Assembly (NCBI RefSeq): GCF_009914755.1
Contig: NC_060928.1
Source of the DNA: the human T2T-CHM13v2.0 reference genome, Homo sapiens
DNA length: 64,000 nucleotides
Strand: one strand, 5' to 3'
Shown: positions 26,510 through 42,245 of the stretch, one piece after another
Layout of the letters: every line of letters begins with the position of its first letter
How positions within the stretch are numbered: the first letter of the stretch is position 1
Position numbers and translations under genes: made by a program
The notes under the pieces: model-generated
The model's database searches: none
What the model was told of the DNA's origin: nothing
The model's input: the letters and a program-made list of their open reading frames with translations, nothing else

Positions 26510-27610
26510 TAATGAAATCGGACTTGAGTTGAGATCTGATTCAGTGGTAGTTCATTAAGCATAGAAGAAAAAATATTCCAGACAGAACTAGAATAATGTG
26601 TAAATTTCCATGGTAGGAGCAAAGCAATTTTGAGACACTGAGTATAGGTCGTGTGGCTTCAGCACACAATCCAAGGATGTGTACGGTCCAACAGCACACT
26701 TCGGATTTAAGGGCAGATAGTTACGTGACATTTTTGCTGTGTGAAGTATTCTGGTGTTTATTCTGTGAGCAACAGCAAAGCTTTAAGATGTTACAAAAGA
26801 TTCCATCACAGTAAGATTTACTTTTCAAAATATCTACTCACCCTATTAAAGGCAGAGAAAAAAAATTAGGGTGGTGGTTCATGAATATTAAGATAACTGA
26901 AGCTTAGACTTGAGAAGTAAAAATAGATATAGAAAGATGTAGACAGTGTTAGGATATATATAGGAAAAATATGGCTAGAACTTGTTAATGGATTGGATAC
27001 GAAAGGATAAGGGTAGAGAGGCATCACAATGACACTGGATTTCCGGCTTACATAGATTTCATAGGTTGGGTTTTTGGATGGGACTAATTACAATTTAGAA
27101 ACAAAAAAGGCTTATTTGATGAGAAGTTTAAGGATCAGGAGTTCCATTTGAGTTTTGTAAGTGTCAAGCAGGCAAGTGCAACATGGTGAAGAGTTTTTTC
27201 CAGGAGACGTGAATATGGAGCCATTCATATTTGGGGATAACTACAGTTATGAGAATGTGTGTAGAGATACAGAATCATACAAGGAAAGGGGACCTGATTC
27301 AGAGGCGCCTGCAACTCTAAAATTCAGTGGCTGGTTAGCGGATGAGAAGCCTACAAAAATGTCTAAGTAGGAGGAAAATCAGGACATTGTGGTGTTATAA
27401 GAAGCAAAGAATGAAATGATTTTTAAAATCAGAGAGTGAATTAACACAACGCTATGGCAGAGTGAAAAAAAGATAAGTCTGAAAAAATTTCTTCTGAATT
27501 TAGAAAGACTAATACTATGAATGACCTTGATAGAGTTCTGTTAATAGAATAAAAAGTACTGGAGCCATGTTTGAGGGCATCTGATTGAGGTGAGGACGTG
27601 AAGCCATGCT
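26510..27610 (-). mobile_element. L2 internal fragment
   Basis: Purine-rich antisense L2-like text (aatattccagacagaactagaataatgtgtaaa; gatcaggagttccatttgag). Confidence 0.6.
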
Positions 27611-27704
27611 CTGAAGGGAAGGGAATGTACAGGGTGAAATTATCCTACCTATGTACCCAGTTGCACATTCCAACACAAGACTACTTTTAGAAACAACAAA
27701 AATC

Positions 27705-28056
<352 letters not shown>

Positions 28057-28504
28057 CTATTTTATTTTTATCCCACATCTTACTGCCAAATCACTTTAAA
28101 TAATATTCTACTTCTTTCTCAAATTCCTTTGTCAAGTTACTACAACACAGCTTCAACTCTCTCACTATCCTCACAAATGTTCCCACTTTCTATTATAATC
28201 TGTAGTGTATAATGTCGTTCCCAAAGGCCACTTTGATTTCTTCTCCTATTTGATTTCTCAAAAGTTGTTTGAAACTATTAAACTCACGAATTTCTCAATA
28301 TTTTTACCCTCTATTATTTTCCCGACCCCACTCTAGTAGATCTCCTTTCCAGATTTTTTCTTTCATATTCTAGCCATTCTTTTGATATGGTTCCAATTGT
28401 ATTAGTCTGATAGGACTACTAAAATTCTACATGAATGACTGGGCGAAGAATAACCCCATGCATGAGCAAAGGAAAGAGCAGAAAGCTAATCAATTGGAGT
28501 ACAC

Positions 28505-29500
28505 ACAGGTATTTTGAGACCTGAAGCTTACAAAACTCAGAGGTCTTTAAGTAAAACAACTCAAGCTATACATGAAAAAAGTAACTGTGAAGAGGAATAA
28601 AGTTTCTAATGAAGTTCTAATTTTTTAGAATGAGGAAAGAAATCAAAACAAATAAAAAAATTTCACAAAACTGTCAAACTCCACAAACACCACATCTAGA
28701 GTAATGCAATTCTGCGACACCTTTTTCCTATTATTTTTCGCTGCATATTTTTCTACCAGCTCTTTCATATGACAATATCATAAAATATTTTTGATAGGGA
28801 AAAACAAAAATAATGTAGTTTCTCTTTAGTATTGTTCATAAAAATTTATTTTTGGTTTTCGTTAGTTTACTTAAATCTTCAGAACATGTTTTAGATTTTT
28901 TTTATTTTTGTCAAATTAGAGAAAATAAATTTTCATATATATATATACATTAAGATTTCAGGATATTTCAAGTTTTTTTGTGCAGAGTCAAAACTTTACT
29001 ACTATTTGAATTTGCAATCTTCATTGATCAGTTTGTCAAAAAAGGAGTGTAATACGCTGAGTTTATGTTGCTTTGTATGGTAGGAATCATCCTCCATTTT
29101 TGTTAGGACTTAATGAGAATGAATTCTCTGCTGACAACCTTATACATCTGATGATTGGAACAATTTTCCATAAACTAGCTTTGAGCTCAACAGGTTTCAA
29201 ATCTTGTTTCTCATTTACCCTAGACACTCTTGTTTCTATCAGTCACAGTTTGGACACTTAGTTTCCTAGATTACATGATGAAATTTGTTTCTTACTTTAC
29301 TAAAGTTGTTCACCAATACATTGTGGTGATTTGTCACAATATTTACATTCCTTGTGTGAAAGAATATCTGGGATAGCCATTTACATCTTTATAATTTTCA
29401 ACTTTAGTTATTCAATGTGTCTCAATTCGAGAGTTGACTTTTTTCTTAAGAGCTGAGTTCTAAAATAAGTGACAGAATTTAAATTTCCCTTTGTGGAAAT
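28505..29500. mobile_element. Possible Zaphod/MER115-like hAT-Tip100 remnant
   Basis: cctgaagcttac...tctttaag...ttagaatgaggaaagaaatca resembles the recalled Zaphod terminal region. Extent is uncertain. Confidence 0.45.
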
Positions 29501-29684
29501 ACTAATGACTTTAAATGTAACATTCTCTATGAACACATGTACTAACCTAGGTTAGAAATACCATAGTATATTAGATAATTGATATTCTTCATTCATTCAC
29601 TCATTGAACTAACAACTATTCATTGAGGAACTTGTGTTAGTCTCTACTCCATTGCTAGGAATAAAGTAAGAGCACATGCAAATG

Positions 29685-29689
29685 TACAC

Positions 29690-29721
<32 letters not shown>
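29685..29721. repeat. (CA)n microsatellite within a probable L2 3' fragment
   Basis: Read directly from the sequence. Confidence 0.95.
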
Positions 29722-29725
<4 letters not shown>

Positions 29726-29924
29726 CGCTTCTAAGGTGTTGAAGAATTTGGGGGAGATGGCATTAAGAAAACAATGATCTAGGTAAATATTAAATTCAGT
29801 TTTTAATAAATGCCATGAAAGAAAGTATAAGTTTTGCCTGTTAACACAAGAGGTTAAGACAAATATCTTTTCACACAAAAAATTGATTAAAATGTAATTC
29901 ACATGCAACATAATTCATTTTTTG

Positions 29925-30308
29925 ATTTTTTTAAAATTGAAATATACTTTATGAACTGTAAATTTCACCTTTTTAAAATGTACAGTTTAGTGGTTTTTAG
30001 CATATTTACAACCATCATTTCCATCTAATTCTAGAACATTTTATTATCCCAAAAAGAATCCCCTACTCATTAGCAGTCATTTCCTGTATGCCTCTGCCCT
30101 CAAGCCTCTGACAACCACTAACATACTTCCTGTCTCTATGGATCTGCCTATACTGGATATTTTATAGAAATGGAATTATACAATATGTGACTTTTTGTGT
30201 CTGCTTTCTTTCACTTAGCCTCATAGTTTTAAGGTCCATCCATGTATCAATATCAAGATTTGTGTCCCTTTTTATGACGAATTAATATATTATTGTATGG
30301 ATAAACCG
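29925..30308 (-). mobile_element. L1MB-like 3' end
   Basis: tgtacagtttagtggtttttagcatatttaca...ctacatacttcctgtctctatggatctgcc-type antisense 3'UTR. Confidence 0.75.
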
Positions 30309-30310
30309 CC

Positions 30311-30735
30311 TTTTAAAATTAACTTTTTGTGGTAAAATACAACATAACATGTATCCTTTTAACAAGTTTCTGAGAGTACAATACAGCACAGTCGAGTCGA
30401 TGTATAATGTTGTACAGGAGATCTCTAGAACTTCATCTTGCTTAACTGAAACGTTGTGGCCATTGATTAGTAACTCCCCATTTCCAACCCTGCCCTCATC
30501 TCTTGGCAACCACCAACCACCATTCAATTTTTTGATTCTATGAAGTTGACTATTTTAAATATCATCTATAAGTAGAATTAGGCCATATTTTCTTTTGTGA
30601 ATGGCTATTTCAGTTAGCATACATGAACTAAAAAGCTTCCGCACAGCAAAGGAAACAAGCAACAGAGTAAAAAGGCAACCTAGAAAATGGAAGAAAATAT
30701 TTGCAAGCAATATATCTGACAAAGATTTCATCTAC

Positions 30736-30767
<32 letters not shown>

Positions 30768-31318
30768 TTAAAGCACTGCTACAACTCAGCAAAAATACTA
30801 ATAACTCAACTAAAAAAATGGGTTAAGAACTTGAACAGTTATTTCTCCAAAGATTACGTAAAATAACCAACAAGTATATGAAAACTTGTTCAATAACACC
30901 AATTATCTGGGAAATTTAAATCAAAACCAGAATGAGAAAAAAAATAGATGTTGCCAAGAATGTGTAGAAATCAGAGCTCTTGTATACTATTGATGGGAAT
31001 GCAAAATGTTGCAATCACATGGAAAACTGTATGAAGCTTCCTCAAAAAATTAAATATAGATGTACTATATGATCCAGCAATTCCACTTCTGGGTATTTAT
31101 CCAAAAGATTTAAAATCAAAATTTCAAGAAGACATTACCACTCCGGTATTCACTGCAGCAATATTCACAGCTGCCAAAATTTGGTAACACCCTAAATACC
31201 CATCAGTAAATGAATGGATATAAATGAAATATATCCATACAATGAAATACTATTCAGCCTTTTAAAAGAAGGATATACTTCAATGTGCGACAACATAGAA
31301 GAACCTTGAGGACTTTAT
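30311..31318 (-). mobile_element. L1MA/L1MB-type insertion with 5' inversion (3' part on - strand 30311-30620, inverted part on + strand 30621-31318)
   Basis: The + segment ends gaaccttgaggacttt and the - segment begins (reverse complement) atgctaactgaaatagcc. These are adjacent in the L1 consensus. Confidence 0.8.
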
Positions 31319-31382
31319 CATGTTACGAAATGTCCATTTACTACCACCCATACGGTGAATATAATATGTAGTGAAAGAGAAT

Positions 31383-31415
<33 letters not shown>

Positions 31416-31548
31416 CGTGTATGGAGAGAAAGAGTAGAAATTATTTTTGCTCATCTAACTTTGAGCATTTTTTCCAGAATTTATTGTATTCAGGAATAAG
31501 ATAGGAGTAAAATTGAATGGCAGACCTCAGAATTTTGCTACCTGAAGA

Positions 31549-31842
31549 TTTTTTTTTTTTTTTTGACACAAAGTCTTACTCTCTTGCCCAAGCTGGAGCG
31601 CAGTGGTGCGATCTCTGCTCACGCAATCTCCACCTCCCGGGTTCAAGTGATTCGCCTGTCTCAGCCTCCCGAGAAGCTGGGACTACAGGCACGAGTCACC
31701 ATACCCGGCTAACTTTTGTATTTTTAGTAGAGACAGGGTTTCCTATGTTGGCCAGGCTGGTCTTGAACTCCTGACCTCGTGATCCTCCTGCTTCGGCCTC
31801 CCAAAGTGCTGGGATTACAGGCATGAGTCACCTGGCCCGGCC
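31549..31842 (-). mobile_element. AluS (Sg-like)
   Basis: Full antisense dimer with cctgacctcgtgatcc. Confidence 0.9.
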
Positions 31843-32821
31843 TTAACATTTTTATCTCAAGCACCTTTAAAAAGGAGTTTTCACTTCTCAAATCCTACCA
31901 ACAATGTGCTGAGGACAAATAAAATAAGGCTTATCTAAGCTGAAAGAGTTTTCACTAATTTAAAATATGATAAATGAAGACTAGACAAGTTAAAGATTGA
32001 ATGAGAAAGAGAAAAAAAGAAAAAGAGATGAAAAGGAGAAAAAGGAGAAGGAACCTGTGTGGACTGCAGATCAAAAATTCTCTCCTGACCTTATGGCTGG
32101 ATTGGCATACCATACCGCGTTTCTTGGGATAAAACCACCTTCCAGGCAATTCTGAGCCAGCTCCCTAGGTCTGAGTACATATACTGTGCCCTCTGCTGAT
32201 TCAGGACGCCAGATTCCCTGTGCTATACCACTTGGTCATATTCCTACCCATACTCTATGCTGTTTTATTGCCACTGGCTCGACTCTAGCTCTCTTTCTCA
32301 CTGACTGTTATCCTCTGGCCTGTGTTCTGTTTTCTCAGAGTCTTCTATCCCTTTCATGATGAAAATTAGATCATATTCATATTCTGTAACTCCCAAAAAA
32401 GAGAACGGAAGCACCATTTCCCTTTTTTCCCCAGATAAGATGAGAACATGGTTAAATAATGGGATATCTTTTAAAAAATAATAAAATCTGAACTTATTCA
32501 TTTATTTATTGGTAGTGCCTTATTGTTACATCAGTAACTGCAACAACATGATTTTATAGCTAATGAAATTTGATGCCAACCTTTTAGCTTGATGCCTCTG
32601 GCCATATTTGTATACCATACAATTTTATTCACGAACAAAGTGATTCCTTTTTAAATTTTATTTTATTAGTTCTGAGAAAGGCTTATAAATCTTAAAAAAA
32701 TTCCTTTCATTAGGATGACCCATATTTAAAATAAAAACAGCTTTTGTTAAGTTTTAAGGTCATAATCTATTTATTCTATCTATCTCTATTAAGATAAGCA
32801 TTGTCTACTTTTTCCTTGATT

Positions 32822-33130
32822 AATTTTTTCTTTAATTTTTGATAAGACACTTTACATGAGATCTATCCTCTTAAGAGATCTAAAGTGCACAAATCTGTAT
32901 TTTAACCTATGGACATAAGACTTTACATGAGATCTCTGGGACTAATTCACCTTGAACAATTACAATTTTATAGATATTGAGTAGTAACTCACTGTTTTCC
33001 TCTCCTCCCAGCTCCTAGTAATCACCATTGCATTCTTTGAATCTAGATGTCCGACAATTTTAGATAGCTCATATGAGTAGAATTATGCAGTATTTGTCCT
33101 TCTGTGACTGGCTTATTTCACTCATAATAA
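32822..33130 (-). mobile_element. L1MA/MB 3' end fragment
   Basis: atatgagtagaattatgcagtatttgtccttctgtgactggcttatttcact. Confidence 0.75.
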
Positions 33131-33819
33131 GATCCTTTTCAAAATATCTCGCTGTAGGAAACCATCTACTTTACCTGTACACGAACAGGGAAAACTTTAA
33201 ACATTTAAACTTTCCTGAAGTAGGGAAGGTATGCCTGTCTACTTTAACCCAGAACAGTCCTGTGACCACAGCAGAGTTTATTTTTACACCCGCAAAATGA
33301 TTTAAGTACCAAATCTGAATCCTACATGGCTCCTAAACTTCAAATCATGGAAACCAGTTGCTTAGGAATGCCAGCCAGAATGTGATATTCAAGGACCTTC
33401 TCTGGCTGTTGCAATTTACAGCCATTTTCACTACCATTAAAGTTGTATGCAAATCTTAGCTCTACAAACGTTGACATCGGTTAGTCAAGCAGACAGCAGA
33501 AAAGTGACAAAGAAAGGTTTAGGGCTAATTTTGAAATAGTTCCGTGACATTGGCTCATGAATAAAATGTAAATCAAATTATATGGTAAGCACATACAGAT
33601 TTAAAAGCAAGAAACCAGAGAGTTCAGGAAGAAAAATACCTTGTAAGACTCCAGAAAACAAAATGTAATGCAATTTGCATCACTGGAAAAAGACAGTGGG
33701 ATAACTCATGTTGCCTCCATCAGAGAAACCTGGTGAGCTATTTAAACTGCACATGACTGCACCCCATTACAGAACTTCAAAAACAAAATCTCTGGGGGCT
33801 GGCCTTAAGATAACTTTTT

Positions 33820-34179
<360 letters not shown>

Positions 34180-35989
34180 CTATTTTCAGGAAACTTCTAG
34201 AGAAAAGGTCTGTGAAATTGTGCAATTTGGGGAACATGAGTCAAAGCATTGTATGATTTTGAGGATATTTGTTTAAAATACTGACTGTGGCCTGAAAACT
34301 AGAATGTCATGCACATGTAAACAAAACAATGATAAGAGTTGGCTTACAATAAATCATAGTAGGAAAGAATGAATTCAATAAATTTTAAAATAAGACGGGG
34401 AAATATTCAGTATCTTGAGTTAGTGATACTGAACAAAATAGTTTATCTCTCAGACTATTAAAGCTGCAGTGGGAGAATATAGAAAAAATACACAGTAAAT
34501 TTTGGAAGCTCCAACAATGTTCTTTCTGTAAAATAAGGATAACAGGATGTTATGGAAGACATTTAAATAGATGCCAGAATTGTTTATCATGAAAAAATAT
34601 GGGTAGCCCATGTACCACAATGTCATTACAGTATGCCAATACCCCTGGGATGTTAGCCAAAATGGAGGTAATTTTCTGAAAACAGCTCTGTCCTGAACTT
34701 AATCCAAAAGGCATCTATTCATAACAAAGTGCTCCCTTCATGAAGGGAAAAGGCTATGCCAGATAGAGGAGTTTTGTTGATACATTTTCATTATAAAAAT
34801 AAACAGCACATATCATGAAAGAAATTCATTCATTTGAAACAAATTGTAAATATAGCCACACAAAATTATTTAGAATATCTGTAATTATAGAAATCATGTT
34901 TGTTTGTTTTAATAAAGGGAATTTTTTAAATAACAGAGAAATAAAATAGTAAAACAAGGAAGAGCCTGAGACACCGACTTCTCCTGAATTTATGGGTGAG
35001 CTTAGTTAAAATTCAATCCAGCTTCTCTGCTTTCATAATCCTATGGCAATGTTATAACCTGAATACTGGGCCCAACAAGAAAACGAGATTGATTATTCAT
35101 ATCCAGTTTAAATCTTTCTAGTCCTGAGAGAAATCACTGTGAAGAACAAAAATCACAGAGAGTGGGAAGGAAATAACCAGGTCATGAATTTTTACTTTGG
35201 TGAATTTCATTTGGCAGCAACATTGAACATGAGTTAATATTAGTGCTCTGTTTCAAAGAATTGAAGACTTAATCCGTACTACTAGAACATTAAAGCATTT
35301 AAACATTCACTGATGATATTGTATTATTAATCCATTCATCCAAGATATTAATGAATGCCTTCTAAGGTCCATAGACTATACTAGGTAATAAAGATAGAGT
35401 GGAACATGTAGTCTAGGGAAAGAGTCAATTATAGAACAGTATCACAAGATATATCCTTATGTATATATGTAATATTGCATGTGTGTAGGTTTGTATGTGT
35501 GCTTTTATATACAACTATGTGTTTTTACATGTAATTCATTATAAATATATGTATGCATATATATTTCATATATATGCATTTTTCCTCCTCCATCTCATAC
35601 AAAACCTATTTCTAAAAGGTGGAGATTAAGAAATATAGAATACAATAAAAATGAATCTGAGCACAGGTTGTTAAGTGAAGGTATTTCACACAATGAGCAA
35701 AACATACACAAAGGAGTAAATGTTGAGAGGTTGTCACATGTTCAGGAAACTGCAAGCAATTTGTTATCATGGTAAAAATTAAGGCTTAGGAGATGAAGTT
35801 GGGACGTTGGGAAGATCTCATTAAACCTATGAAATTTGATGTTTATCTCAGATATTTGTATACATTATATCTTAGAAAAGTATAATAATCGATATTTAGG
35901 ATGGGTTTCCAGGTGATTCTAATGAGCAGCTAGATTTCAAAAACACTTGAGAGTAAGAAAAACTCAGGCTTAGTCATGATTGAGAGAGA

Positions 35990-36190
35990 GCTGGATCTAT
36001 AATTTTCTAAATGTGACTCTGGATCGGTTGGTTGTTCCCCCTGAATCTCATTTTCTTCATTCTGAACATCGAGATCTTCATACTATTTGCCTGGCAGAGT
36101 TGATTTAAGAAACTGCTACCATGTTTGAAAAGTAACTGATACTGTGCCTGATGGCAGATGGCACTTAGTAAATGACAATGTTATTATTAT
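35990..36190 (+). mobile_element. MIR
   Basis: ctgaatctcattttcttcattctg...actgtgcctgatggcagatggcacttagtaaatg...ttattatt. Confidence 0.65.
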
Positions 36191-37992
36191 AAGTACTACT
36201 CTTACTATTCATTATAATTAAGAGCTGTCCTCCTAGCAGGAGAGAAAAGAACAAGTAGCCTTCAGGATAGTAAGTATAAGAGAAGGAAACCCAAAGCTAG
36301 AGGAGAAAGTGAAGGAGCCTCTTATTCTTTTATTGGGTAAAGACTTTCTGGAAAAAGTAACACCTAAATTTAATGGAAAGCCAGTTAATTCAATTCCGTG
36401 GAAGCTGCTCTACCCTCAGGACATTGCTATACACATAACTATCTGCTGGTTGCTATCAAGCAGTCAGAGCTGCATAATTCCATGACTTTAGTCGGATCAA
36501 AAAAGAACCTGGCCAGGAATTTAAAAGTAAATCTTGAGGATCTACAAGGCCATAGAGAACTCTGAAAAGCTCTAACAGAGTTCTGGTGATATAAATGGCT
36601 GCAAACATTTGTGAAGCCATTCCTTGGAAAGACCTGAAAAAGGAAAAGGCACCTATCACTCACCTCTGGGGGACACTAAGATCCTGTACAAGCAGAATGT
36701 AAAAACGAAGGCTGTCTTGTAAACTGTCTGAAGTTTAAAGTCATGACTTCTTTCATAATCCCCATGGCAAAGTGTGGAAGACATACAGGCAAAACAATTA
36801 AGAAAATCTGACTAATCAGTGGCTGACTACCATATTATAATGATCCAGAAGTTATGCATAGGAAGTCAGGATTCAAAATGAAACCTAAAAAACAAACAAA
36901 CAAACAAACAAAACAAAACAAAACAAAAAAAACTAGCAGAAAGTGAAGTGGCCACATGCTGCAGAGAATACAGAATTTACAGGAATAATCCAGAAAAGTC
37001 ACTAAAATAATAAGTAACAACAACAACGACAACAAAAAACACAGTAATCACAACCACACACCTTGGGATAGAGGGAGAATGTGCTACCAGAGCTGTTAGA
37101 ATACATTATGTCAAATCTTTAGTTTTCAACAACAACAAAATTATAAGAAACACAAAGAAAAATGAAAGTATGCCACAGGAAAAAAAAAGTAACTATATGC
37201 TTTCTACAAGAGACACGTTTAGTTGAAGACTCATATAAGTTGAAACTAGAAGGATGGAAATGTGAACAATAACCAAAGAAGAGTAAGAGTAGCTGTACTA
37301 ATATCAGACAAAATAGACTCCAAGCAAAATTATTATTAGAGTCAAAAAAACATTTTATATTAATAAAAGAATTAATTCATTAGGAAGATAAAATAGTTAT
37401 AATCATCTTTTCAAGGGATCATGAGACATTTCCCAGAACAGACGTAGAGAAGGTTCTAACACAGGCCTCAATCAATGTAACATGATTGTCACAATACAAA
37501 GCATATACTCTGCCCACAGGTGAGTGAAAGTAGAAAGCAACAAAAAGGAATTTCAGAAATACACAAATATGTGGACACCAAACAATACACACCTAAATAG
37601 CCAATGAGGAAAGAAGAAATCAGAAGAGAAATAGAAAATGCTTTGAGACACATGTAAACAAAAGGAAAATATACCAAACTTATGAAATGTAGCTCAGGCA
37701 GTGATTAGAGGGAAATTTATAGCTTTTCATTAAAAAAGAAGAAAGATCTCAAGTTGGTAACCTAAGCTTCCATCTAAAGGAGTTAGAAGAAGAAGAGCAA
37801 ATTAACTTAAAGCAGACAGAAGAAAAGAAATAATGAGGTATTAGGAAGTAAATTTAAAAAATAGAGAAAATCAACAAAAACAAAAGTTGTTTCTTTAAAA
37901 GGATTAGAAAAATTGCAAAAACCTTTAGGCTGACCAAGAAAAAAAGAGAGAGGTCTATATTACTAAAATCAGGATGGAAAGAGGAGGCATCA

Positions 37993-38290
37993 TTTATTTT
38001 TATTTTTATTTTAATTTTTGAGACAGAGTCTTGCTCTGTCAGGCAGGCTGGCACGATCTCAGCTCACTGCAACCTCTACCTCCCAGGCTCAATAGATCTC
38101 CTACCTCAGCCTCCTGAGTAGCTGTGACTACAAGTGATAGCCACCACTCATGACTAATTTTTTGTATTTCTGATAGAGAGGGGGCTTCACAATGTTGGCC
38201 AGGCTGGTCTTGAACTCCTGAGCTCAAACAATTCACCCACCTTGCCTCCCAGAGAGCTCAGATTGTAGGTGTGAACCACCATGCCCAGCT
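37993..38290 (-). mobile_element. AluJ-like
   Basis: Diverged dimer with ctcctgagctcaaacaattc and ccaggctcaa. Confidence 0.85.
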
Positions 38291-38802
38291 AAGGCAACAT
38301 CATTATTGACTTTACAGAAATAAAAAGCATCATAAGAGAATACTATGAATAATTGTATGCAAATATATCAGATCAGTTAGAAAAACACAAACCCTGAAAC
38401 TGACAAAAAATAGAAAATCTGAATAAACATTTAAAAATTAAAAATTAATAATTAATAATCAAAAATATCTACCATAAAGAAAAGCTGAGGCCCAGATGGC
38501 TTCACTGATACATTCTATCAAATAAAGCATTAATATAATTATTTCCAAACACTACCAAAAATTAGAAGAGAGTAAGCACTTCCCAACTCATACTATGAGG
38601 CCATCATTACCTTGATTCTGAAACCAGACAAACACATCACAGGAAATACACAAATGAATATCCCTTAGAGTGTATAAACAAAATCTTCTAAAGTATTAGC
38701 CAACAATCTGCAGCAACATTTAAAAAGAATTATACACATGACCAAATGGGATTTAGCCAAGAAATAAAAGATTGGTTTATCATATAAAAATCAAACACTA
38801 TA

Positions 38803-39127
<325 letters not shown>

Positions 39128-39845
39128 CTAGTAGAATGAACGACAAAATCCACATTATCAACTCAAAAAATTGTCATAATTTATTGAATGTTAATAATGT
39201 CAGGCACTGCTAGACACTTTCAAAAACCCACGACCACAGTTAAGCCTGCCATATGTCTTAAGTGTCCACGGTTCCCATGAAATTGCCTTTACTGAAAACA
39301 GACACAGCTTTGGTTTACATTCTCAAAACTGAGAAGAGCAAGAGTAGATCTCGATCTAGGGAAAACTACAGCTAGATTCTCTAAAAATAGTAATAATAAT
39401 CTGCCTCTGATCTTGACCTCTATGTGTTGACTCTGTCGTCTCTATTGAGGGGACATTATGCATGTAGGGATGGCAGAGAGCATAACCCACACACAGCCCA
39501 GACTCCAGTCCTGACAGCTTCCATTCTTTAAATGAAGTCTTTTATACTTAAGCATTCTAATACAAAAAGACCTGGATAGAAATGAGAAAAGCTAGGAGAC
39601 ACTGTGTAATTCAGAGAAAGTTGCTTATTTTCTTTAACCTCAGCTTACCCATCTCTAAACAGAAAACCCATGAAAAACAGAAGACCACAGGCATGCTTTG
39701 CCTATATCATTCGGTTGCCATAAATTTTAGTTTTGAATGTAAATAAATAGATGTTTGTGAAACAATTGATGTTTATGAAAACTTTCTGTCAGTGTGAAAT
39801 TCTTCATGTATTTTGGGTATCCCTTTGTAAAAAATCATCAGGTAG

Positions 39846-40128
<283 letters not shown>

Positions 40129-41780
40129 AAAAAATCATCAGGTAACTAGAAGGAGAGTTGCTATTTCATGTCATAATTTGGAAATGTTAGGACTTCTCTC
40201 CAGGGAAAATTTACTGAAAAAATTTTTATTGACCTTTTTGTTTATAAAAATTATAACTTTCCAATATAGAATGAGTGGAAAAATTGAGACAAAATTTAAC
40301 AAAATTGCTTTGCCTGATGAAGTAATAAGAATTTTTAGAGAAGGAAATTTGGCATCTGGGCTGAAGGAAAATGAGTACAGAGAAAATCCTGAAAGTAGAG
40401 TGTATCAACACAGTAGCAGGCTGGATTCTAGGGGGACAGATGGCCATTTGAAATTCTCTATGGTAGGTAAATTGTAATGATCTTAGGAGCAGTGATAGCT
40501 GACACTAGAGTTTAAATTTCTTTGTGTCCTGGGCTATAATTATATCCATTAGTCTCAAATATTCGGGAAACATCTGTGAGGCAAAACAGCTTTGCATTGT
40601 TGGTTCTTTGTTTAATGATTTGGTGAAAGGATTGTGTTCATGTTTTGGGACAGGATAATCATAAGCAATTTGAATATCAAGAATTATTGAAAATAGGATT
40701 CCATAATAATTTAAATAATCATTAGGGTTGGAGTTCAGAGCAAGACTTCATAGGTGACTACCAGAAAAAAATGTAAGGATTCTCATATCCAGAGACTATT
40801 TGCAGGAATATTTGAGATGATACGTTTATGTGAAAATGGAAACCAAGAAATCAAGGAAGAGACGACACCAAAAGTTTGGATGCATTAGAGACTTTCAAAT
40901 TACATTACCAAAAAATAATTGCATAAGACCAGAACCAAATATTGTCTACAAAATGGAAATTAACACAAAGGTAAGCGTTAAAATTTAAACTGAAATTCAA
41001 ATGGAGTGGCTTGCTTTTATTGCCATGATAACTAAAATTTTTTAGAAAGTCAGGGAAACTATGAAGCCAATATAAGTTGTTTATTAATATAGAAAATATT
41101 TTCAAATTAGTAACCATTTAATCTGACATTTTTATTGACAAAGGCAGGTATCTACTTACTGTGAGTCAAATGCTGCAATTGCATTTATGGTATATGTTAT
41201 TCAGCCATTTATATCTAAGTTTCTCTTTCTTTCTTTCTTTCTTCCTTTCTTTCTTTTTTGCACATCTGGTAGGTAAATGGCAACCAATTTTGCTTTGTGG
41301 AAGTTTAAATTGTGGCCATCTTCTCTCATGGCCATTATTCCTCTGCTACCCTCAGGGGGTATGATTTGTCAAGTTTTGTTGGTAGAAGTAGAGCCCTTCC
41401 CTGGGTGTATTCACTCACTGTCACAAGCATATGAATGTTTCCATAGTATTCAGGTCAGCAATAAGGAGATAAGTGAATTGGGGAATAATTAAGACGTGAA
41501 AATGAAAGATGAAGGAAATCAAGTGTGATTCAGAATGATTAATTTTGGTGTTTTTTATTTTTTTTAAATCTGCAATATCTGCTGGGAAAATGAAGAAACT
41601 GGCATTGACATACCAAGTTTGAGTCAGGAGGTTTGTATTCATTTAGTCTTCAGGAAATGTATGAGTGATACCATAAATAGCCCCATTTTAGGGAGAAATC
41701 TACTGAGTTTCAGAGAGATTTGGTTCCCTGTGGGAGTTATGTAACAAATTAAAGAAAAACATAGTGTTCAGACTTCTATC

Positions 41781-42245
41781 TGTGAACCCAGAAAATCCGA
41801 GACACATCTCGGTTAACTTAGAAAGTTCATTTTGCTGAGGTTGAGGATGTGCCTGTGACACAACCTCAGGGAGTTCTGATGACACGTACCCAAGTGGTCA
41901 GGGCACAGCTTGGTTTTACACATTTTAGGGAGACATGAAACATCAATCAATCAGTGTGGGTAAGAAGTACATTGGTTCAGTCTGGAAAGGCAGGACAACT
42001 TGAAGCAAAGGCAGAAAGACTGAAAGCACGTGGGGAGGAGCTTCCAGGTCACACATAGTTGAGTCACAAAGGGTTGCATTGTTTTGAGTTTCTGATTAGT
42101 CTTTCCAAAGGAGGCAATCAGATAGACAACTGTCTCAGTAAGCAGAGGGATAACTTTAAATAGAATGGGAGCCAGGTTTCCTCTGAGCAATTTCCAGCTT
42201 GAGTTTTCCTTAGTGATTTTGGGGGCCCAAGATAGTTTTCTTCCA
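41781..42245 (-). mobile_element. MER4A-like ERV1 solo LTR
   Basis: gcacagcttggttttacacattttagggagacatga...ttgggggcccaagat. Confidence 0.85.
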
